A DNA stretch of 64,000 nt from Octopus vulgaris. Its lineage: Eukaryota. Positions 55,788 to 64,000 of the stretch are shown here, in pieces. The stretch lies in the NCBI GenBank assembly GCA_951406725.2, contig OX597828.1, positions 30,690,001 to 30,754,000 on the forward strand, written 5' to 3'. The translations under genes and the position numbers were made by a program. Each line of letters begins with the position of its first letter. Position 1 is the first letter of the stretch. Below the pieces are notes generated by a model that did not search any database, was not told the DNA's origin, and saw only the letters and a program-made list of their open reading frames with translations.

Positions 55788-56897
55788 GTAGATTTTAATC
55801 TATATTTCTATCCATAGGTTGCAAGTCTGCGGTGTTGAGTTAGCTTTTTGACAACAACCATGTAAAGGTTAAATGTTGACATTCATATAGGATTCATGCT
55901 TTAAATAAATTGATTAAATAATCATAAGTACAGGTGAATGTTTTGATATTCTAATTAGACATGTTGGAACATATCCGACCATATGAAAAGCGTTCAGTTT
56001 CTCTGCACAACACTGATTAATATGTCCAGTGCATTGCATATTAAACATTTATTGAGAAATTCTTTGTTGGGTTATAAACAAAATCATACACAAATTTCCG
56101 TTAAACGTGTGACAGAAATACATGTAAATATATTCTAGGAGAAATTCGATTTAAGAGTAAGTGATTTCTACCAAGAGGAAAGAGATTATTGCAAGACGAA
56201 TACACTCACGCAAAACATTCCAATACATAGAAACCAAGCAGAGTTGTAGACATCAGGCTCGACAAAATACAAAATACAAAATACAATTTTGAGAAAATAA
56301 AATGAATGTATATGTGTGTGGGCTTGCGCGTGTGTGAGTGCGTGTATTTTTGTTATGTTTGTATGTGTGTGTTTGTATCCATGCAAATAAATCTGTGAGC
56401 ATGTGCTTATGATGCTAGCGCAATCCAAGGAAACAATGTGAAATTTGAAGACAGTCATTACGACAATTTCTGTAATTGTATTTATTGAGTATTTATAGAG
56501 TATTATATTAGAAACATATCTGCAGGAATAGTTTAACAATATAAAATTAGGTTGGTCACATTGATCTCACAATAGAATCATGCCGAATCTCAAAACAAAT
56601 AATGTTAAAACTGAAAAATACTGAGAAAAAAAAATTAGGAGATTGGGAAATGTTAAATGCATAACAATAGCAATTAGATGTGAAGAATAAGAAATGAAAT
56701 GAATAAAATGTAGAAAATAAACAAATGCAAAAAATAAAATAAAACAATAAAATTAAAACTAAAACTATAATTCAAAGGAAAATATTTCATACTAGGACAA
56801 AAAAAAAAACGTATCTACGTATGTACATACGTAGATATGCGAGTGACAGTTCACACACAAATACACACATACAATGATATATATATATATGTATATA

Positions 56898-56966
<69 letters not shown>

Positions 56967-57479
56967 GTGTGTATATATATATCTATCTATATATGTATGT
57001 ATACATATATATGTATGTACATGTATGTATATATATATATGCCTGTATGTCTGTATGTATGTATCTACGTATGTATATACAGAGAGAAAGAGAGCGAGAG
57101 AGAGAGGAGATATGGAAATGACAGATGGTGGAATAATAAACTACATTCTTCGTTTTAAAACGCTACAATTGTTTTGACACGTTGTTACACATTTAGTATA
57201 TTGGTGAGATTTTGTGCAACCATTGTCTTACATCCAACTTATGAAATGTGCCTCCACAATTAATTGATTAAAGTAGCTTTTCGTTAGAATTTCTCGCCGG
57301 TTCGCTCAACGTGATAGTACATGCGTAAAGTAACGTGTCATTACCAACAGTTAGCAGGAAAACTAAAACAATCGATATAGCAACAGACAAATTACACTTG
57401 CAATCAACATACAACATACGTAACTAAAAAATTGAGAGTTAGATGTCGTACATAATATTACTAGAGGTGCAGGTAAAGG

Positions 57480-58420
57480 AGTCGTTTATTTAATAGGGAT
57501 GGTGATGCTGGTGTGGAAGAGGTATGGTCAGGTGCGACAGCGTGGATGGGAGCAGGGAAAGGCGCCAGTCCGTGGGGCAGGTGCATGGAAGAAACTGTGA
57601 CCAGGAGACCAAGCAGGTGAATGGTTCATTTGAAAGAGGGAAAGGCTAGGTTAGGAAGGTGTACGAGGTGGAGGGGTCGGACTGGAGTCGCAGGAAGGAT
57701 CGGAAAATAGTGTATTGGAAGTATAGGTTGGAAAGATGATAGATGCGGGAAAACGGGAGACGGGTAAGGGCGGGGCAGGTGCGAGGAGGAAGAGCAGAGA
57801 CACGGGCTACATATCGTGCGCGGGAAAAGGCAGTGAGGTTAATGGTGAAGCGATATCCATGTACGATGAAATGGTCAGTCATGAGTTGAATCTGAGTCTC
57901 AAAGTCATGGTCGTATCTGCTGAGCCTGTGTAGACGGAGGGTTTGGGAATATGGATGGAGAGCTTGGTGTGGTTATGGTGGGAGGAAGAGAAATTAAGGT
58001 AGATGTGTTAGTATGTTTGTAGTGGATGGACGTACCGAGAGCTGAGTGGTGAGTGGCAGAAATGTCAAGAAATTCCACGGAAGAGTTAGAGAGTTAGTGC
58101 AGGAAAATTCGAGGACAGGATGGTACTATTGGACAAGGAAGTGGAAGGAGTCCAGTTGTTCGCGACACAGTGAAGTTGCAACGATACAGTCACGATATAA
58201 CGACCGTACAGTTTGGAAGTGAGACAAGGGAATTGTGAAAATATTTGGATCTCAAGGTAGCCATCAAAGAGGTTCGCATACTTGGGGCCCATTCTCGTTC
58301 CCATAGCCGCTCCCGAGAACTGTTGGTAAATCTCGCTCGAGAATGAGAAGCGGTTGAGAGAGAGAGAATAGGTTCTGCCAGACGAAGAAGTGAGGAGATG
58401 TCGAATTGAGGGTCAGGATG
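57480..58420 (-). mobile_element. Penelope-like RT remnant
   Basis: GAAMGTRMGPKYANLF..YGRYI; EFLDIS..SIHYK. Confidence 0.75.
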
Positions 58421-58435
58421 AAGTTATAATAGGAG

Positions 58436-58862
58436 TAAATGTAATGTCAAGCAAGTTACGCAAGTCTTTGAACACAGAATATTAAATACATTTAATAGAA
58501 AAGTATAGATATATATGGATATAAAATAGTCCGACTTACAAAATATAAATGTTATCAAGAGTTAACTGTTTAGATTTTCTCGGGTCATGGTCGTCCAGAA
58601 TAATGATAGTCACTTGGATCCATCATCGGATAATACTGCCTCCATCTTCAGGGGAGAATTTTACATTTGAAGTGTTACAGGATGGAGTTTATAGATGGGC
58701 TGTCGTTGCACTCGTAAATCTCTACCCATTTAACTCCTGATATCATTTATATTCTGTAAGTCGGACTATTTTATATCCATACACATGTACATCTTTCTAT
58801 AAAATGTATTGTAATATTCTGTGTAAAGCGTCTTACCTAACTTGCTTGTCATTACGTTTACG
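58436..58862. repeat. Inverted repeat (~130-bp arms)
   Basis: ggatataaaatagtccgacttaca / tgtaagtcggactattttatatcc. Confidence 0.9.
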
Positions 58863-58964
58863 TCTCTAAAGGCTCAAGTTGAAATCTGTTGAGCACTTCT
58901 GTATAGCGATCATCTGTTCCTAATCTATATATATATATATATAGTGATCTATATATATGGTGAT

Positions 58965-59150
58965 CTCATTCTCGTTCACAACATCATAAGCGGAAAGTGT
59001 AACCTCTCGAACGGGCTGTTCTTCACTCCTGCTCCAGAACGTGGGCTGCTGGGTCACTCCGAAAACTCTATCTACGATGATTTCATTTCAATCGAAGGAG
59101 AGGGGCTTTCTCCGTCCGGGTTGCGGATCCATCGGATAAGCTGCGGGGTG
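58965..59150 (+). mobile_element. CR1/L2-like LINE 3' fragment
   Basis: GDLILVHNIISG..LFF..RGLLGHS.KL..RRGAFSVRV pattern. Confidence 0.6.
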
Positions 59151-59199
59151 AGATAATGATGATGCCGACGACCGCTCTTGCCAAGTAGGCTTTTTGTGG

Positions 59200-59760
59200 A
59201 AATGTTGTTGTTTTCTACTCTTTTCACCACACAGAATTTTTGAGATCTTCGCGGATGCAGAGTATAGGTGGTTGAGATCTGTAATATCAACATCATTAGC
59301 TGAACTTATATCCTTAAGCGAAAAGCGGATTTTAACAATTACTTTCACCACGTCTTGGTTAGAATTGCGAATGTTTGGGACAGCATCAAGTTCATTCATA
59401 TTGGTTTCTTTAATTTTCAGCCATTTAATCATGATTTGATATTTTTAGATCATCTTGCTCAGTTGGGTCAATTTCTGTGTGACTTTTTTCATCTATTTTA
59501 ACTTCATCTGCCTTAGTGTTTATGGTTTGTTCAGAGAGTATTTCACTTCGCTTCTCAGTTACATTGACTCTTTCTATCATTATTGCATCAGACCTGGGTT
59601 GGCCTATAATTATTTCCTCCGTAGAATCTTCTCTAGCTGCAATTTTGTTCCTTTTATCCCTTACCGATTGTTTGATTTTGTCAATCTCTAATTCAGTTAG
59701 TAATTTCTTTTTCACAATGATACGTCTGACGTTCGCAAGTTTGTTCCTGTGTATGTGGGG
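59200..59760 (-). mobile_element. R4/Dong-like N-terminal fragment abutting a (CTT)n tract
   Basis: ANVRRIIVKKKLLTELEIDKIKQ..; ITDLNHLYSASA. Confidence 0.5.
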
Positions 59761-60000
59761 TCTTCTTCTTCTTCTTCTTCTTTTTCTTCTTCTTCTTCTT
59801 CTTCTTCTTCTTCTTCTTCTTCTTCTTTTTCTTCTTCTTTTTCTTCTTCTTCTTCTTCTTCTTCTTCTTCTTCTTCTTCTTCTTCTTCTTCTTCACTTCT
59901 TCTTCTTCTTCTTCTTCTTCTTCACTTCTTCTTCGTCTTCTTCTTCACTTCTTCTTCACTTCTTCTTCTTCTTCTTCTCCTCATCCTCCTCCTCCTTCTT
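59761..60000. repeat. (CTT)n tract
   Basis: Direct reading; source of poly-K/poly-L/poly-S ORFs. Confidence 0.97.
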
Positions 60001-60069
60001 ATTGGTTTTCTTATTATAGTACTTGTGTTGTTTTTAGTACATACTCTGGCAACATAGCCGCAACTTTAC

Positions 60070-61572
60070 GATGGTGAACAAAATGCTTATCCATCGTATC
60101 CATGAAATGATTACAAGCTGACTTCTTTCCAAATATTTCATTGTTGAAGCATTTATCCAAATTGAAATGATATATAAATGATATAAAATATTTTTATGGA
60201 AACGTTTTAGGTCATTATGTTGATATATAATGATTATGCATATTAAAGAGTAAAACATCAAACAGCCAGATTTCAGTTGCCTTCAATACATAATGAAACT
60301 AATTCAAAACAATGTTACTGTTACATTCAAAATTACACACTTATATATCGGTCGATAGCTTCCACAAATCACGCGGAATAATGACTTCTTAAATATTGCA
60401 GTAAAGTGTTTAATACTAGCTTTTAGTAGTTGTCTCATTGCTGACGTACAATGAGAAGCATCTTAATTAATAAATGTCAAAGGATTTGCCTCTGAGATCG
60501 ATCACTTTCGGTATAATTTTCTTCATCTATAAGTTAATAAGAAACCTTCAAAACAATTTAAAACAAAAATATATCACCACCTATCATATGTTTCCTCTAT
60601 GATTAATCGCAAATACTCTATGCACGGATACGACCAGAAGTAAGTTATTCAACTGCATCAAAGTTGAGCAACACCTCCTTTTCAAGAAATCTTTGATTGA
60701 GAGATTCTTTATATGAATTCGTGCGTTGAAACGATTGGGGACATATTGCCAGTTACACCATCAAAATTCATCCGGCATGAGTAGCCTCCAACAAATGTTC
60801 TGTCAGGAACTTCGAGTATTGTCTCTTAATATGAAACGAATATTTCTAATTAGATTTGTCTATTTCAATTAAGTGAATCACTTTAAAAGTTATTTTCTTA
60901 ATTCTTTCTATCAATTGAAAGATAGGTGTCAATGGATTTGTAGCTACGTATTTTCTCATTTATACTAAAGATGCTGTCACACCAGACCGCACGAAGTACA
61001 GGCAATTCATACAAATTCTCAGGATCTGTTAGATGCTCTAATTTTTATGAAATTACCTAAGTACCACAACATTCGCTGTGTATTTGTAGAGGGATAATAT
61101 GTTTAAAAGCTAATGTCTGTAAGACAAATATAAATGAAACTCTAAAAGTAAATAATGATCGCATATATCTGACAAATGTCTGACAACACCGTATGTTGCT
61201 TCTTCCTGATGAACAGGCAAAAAAGAAAAAAAACATTTAGCAATACATCTACAATTTTGAGCTGCAAGATATCTGATATTGCTTTGTTTCTTTTTTATTT
61301 TTGTAATGTTTGAACACACACACAGGCACACACACGCGCGCGCGCACACACATAGCATAATACGAGTTACTTTCATAAACCCATCGTACTTTATATATTT
61401 TTCATGTTTCTTTTGCAAAAGTACTAATTAAGTATTTAGAAACAGGCAAACTAAAAATCATATATGTAATATACATTAAATATATATTTGATTTTCTAAC
61501 CTCATATCGTTTTAGGGACCGATGCCAATGAGCATGAAAATGATTTACTACCGTGTTTTCGAAATAAAACAT
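60070..61572 (-). pseudogene. Second decayed paralog fragment (exons 1-4-like), minus strand
   Basis: 61174-61205 EEATYGVVRH (32 nt, like exon 2); 60757-60830 aligns to exon 3 (gacaatactcga..gatggt|gtaa, 74 nt, acceptor AG>AT); 60070-60161 LDKCFNNEIFGKKSACNHFMDTMDK aligns to exon 4 (acceptor AG>AA); intron similarity at 60545-60755. Confidence 0.7.
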
Positions 61573-62056
61573 GTCAGCAACTTCCTTCGATTTGATCGCC
61601 TCTGCTCCACAAAAGGATGTCATGTGGTCAGGTTAAATGAGTATGAAGTACGCGTGATATTAATAAGGTACCATAAACATTAACGCTGATCCTATAAATC
61701 TTTAGCATTAAAACCGTCCATATCCGGCCCAAATATTCTGCCAGCTACATGTTCAAAGTAGCTACATCTGGCCTTTCGTAACTATCCAATAATGCCATTC
61801 TAAAAATGAAACAATCACTACATTGAAATCTCAGAGTTGAGAGATAATGAATGATCTATTCAAAACGATGTGAATATGTATAAGTATTGCTTAGCTCTTG
61901 TTCTTTTCTTAATTTCTTTCTCTTTACTCTCTGTTTATTTCAACGTGTTCCTTTCTGTTGAAGAGCGTAAGGGATAAAAATAAATTTTGTATTAAAAAAG
62001 AGTAATAATCGAATGTAGCAAATTTGTTTTTTGATCAACACATTCTCCATTTCCTG

Positions 62057-62090
<34 letters not shown>

Positions 62091-62119
62091 TATATATGAA
62101 TATATATATGCTATATATG

Positions 62120-62154
<35 letters not shown>

Positions 62155-62335
62155 ATTAGAGAAAAAACACGATTATGTAATTCAAACAAAGGTAGACATA
62201 AACCAAATCATAAAGAAAAAATAAAATATATTATAAAATATGTAACTAGATCACAAAAATTACAAAAAGCGAATAAACAATATATAATACTAAATTTAAT
62301 TTTTTGCTGTAAGTTTGGAGTTATACTCCCTATCA

Positions 62336-62420
<85 letters not shown>

Positions 62421-62677
62421 CATTATTATATATATATATGTATACAAATAATAAGAGGAGGGATATAATATCCATGCAGATATGTAGTTAATGCTGTATA
62501 CAAATAATAAGAGGAGGGATATAATATCCATGCAGATATGTAGTTAATGCGATCGAAGCACGAGTCGGACAATTATTATGAATAAACTAACTGGAAAGAA
62601 ACAGAAAGTTTGAATGTTCAATTTCTTCATTCTCCTATTTATCAATATGCATATAAGTATGTATTAATGTACATACA

Positions 62678-62745
<68 letters not shown>

Positions 62746-64000
62746 TATATATATTTATAGGTATATGTGTGTATGTATATATGTGTATGTGCGTGCGCGC
62801 GTGGATATGTAAGTGTGCTGTTTGTGTGCATAATATATATATATATTTTGGGAAGTTTAAACAAGATTTCACAACGTATGAAATATGCAAAACAAAAATA
62901 TAAATGAGAAACAGATATATCGGATGCTTGTGAAAAAAAACAAAACAATAACGATAACAATCTTCTTGAAGATATCTAGCGAAAAAATGTTTAGAAGCAA
63001 CGTCAGGTAAAATACGTAGGGGAAATTTCATTGGATATTAAAGAAAAAAAAATGATATACTGCAAAGAAGTACACAAATCAACGTTGAGACTATCAGATC
63101 TATTTATTCCCTCGAAAATATATGTTCGTCTGCTCGAAATACAAATTTGGTGTTGCAAATTATACAATAGTTAGAGTTTGCGTCCGTACAAGATGGGATG
63201 TCAAAATATGATTGTAATTTTTTTGTGCTGGTAGTTCTTTTTTCCTAATAAGTTGGTATACGGAGCCATGGCAACACCGTTACCTTCTAAGAGATAGAAA
63301 TACAGTTTAAATGCGATTGAAATGTGATGTTAAGTATGTGATTTGATGAATTACAACAATATGATTGAGTTTATTTACACTCTGGCAGAATACTTTCAAT
63401 ATATGTAAAATTGACTTCCTCTGACTCGTTTGTTTTTACCTACAATTATTTAACTTTTACGGAACAAAGACTATAACAGAAATAAGACAACCTGTGCAAG
63501 CTATTATTTCACTTGACGAATATTTACTCTGAAATACTTTGGACGGAAAACGTATGGGAAATTCAAAAAGCTCTCTTTGTGTTCATAGATTGATATATTA
63601 CAATAATGTAAATACAATTAATTTTTGGTACACATGTTTTTCATCTTTTACTGGTTTCATTCACAAACTGATACTGTGCTGGTAACACATTTTTTACTGT
63701 GATTGGTTTCTTTTTTCTGCATTGTTTCCAGGTAAGTAGCAAGTTAATGCAGCTAACTTCTTTGTTTCTCATTCCCCGAAGTGGACTCATCCAGTATTAC
63801 ACATAAAATTTATCTAAACCCTCTTTGCAAATCTCTACATTGACGCCTCACTTGGGTTGTTTAGTAGAATGTGGTAGCAGTGTAGGCCCTTGAAGCCTAA
63901 GATTTTCCAGAAGTGGCACACTATTCCAGATGGAGAAGACGTCATCTTTGTTACTAGGCATTTGTCTCAATTTCGGTGATTGATATAGCTTTCAATTCTG

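Overview
AT-rich, microsatellite-saturated animal genomic DNA. The SINE families resemble those I recall from Octopus, so the organism is probably a coleoid cephalopod (inference). Almost all long ORFs in the supplied track are microsatellite artefacts. The main hidden feature is a + strand gene spread over ~33 kb (12.7-45.9 kb) in 16 small exons, reconstructed from AG/GT splice signals and reading-frame continuity. Twelve consecutive exons are symmetric phase-2 exons of 24-138 nt. The spliced product (~250 aa) has a furin-type RRKR site, then a Gly/Ala-rich hydrophobic peptide, a helical region and a GPI-signal-like tail. The tail lies in the -1 frame behind an A_AAA_AAC heptamer. The 5' exons carry lesions, two exons are duplicated by a 2.6-kb tandem duplication, and two decayed paralogous 5' fragments lie at 55-56 kb (+) and 60-61.6 kb (-). 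The rest is transposon debris: Tc1/mariner, RTE, R4/Dong-like and CR1-like LINE fragments, Helentron-like non-autonomous elements, three tRNA-derived SINE families, and many Penelope-like fragments with fold-back inverted repeats and hammerhead-ribozyme motifs.
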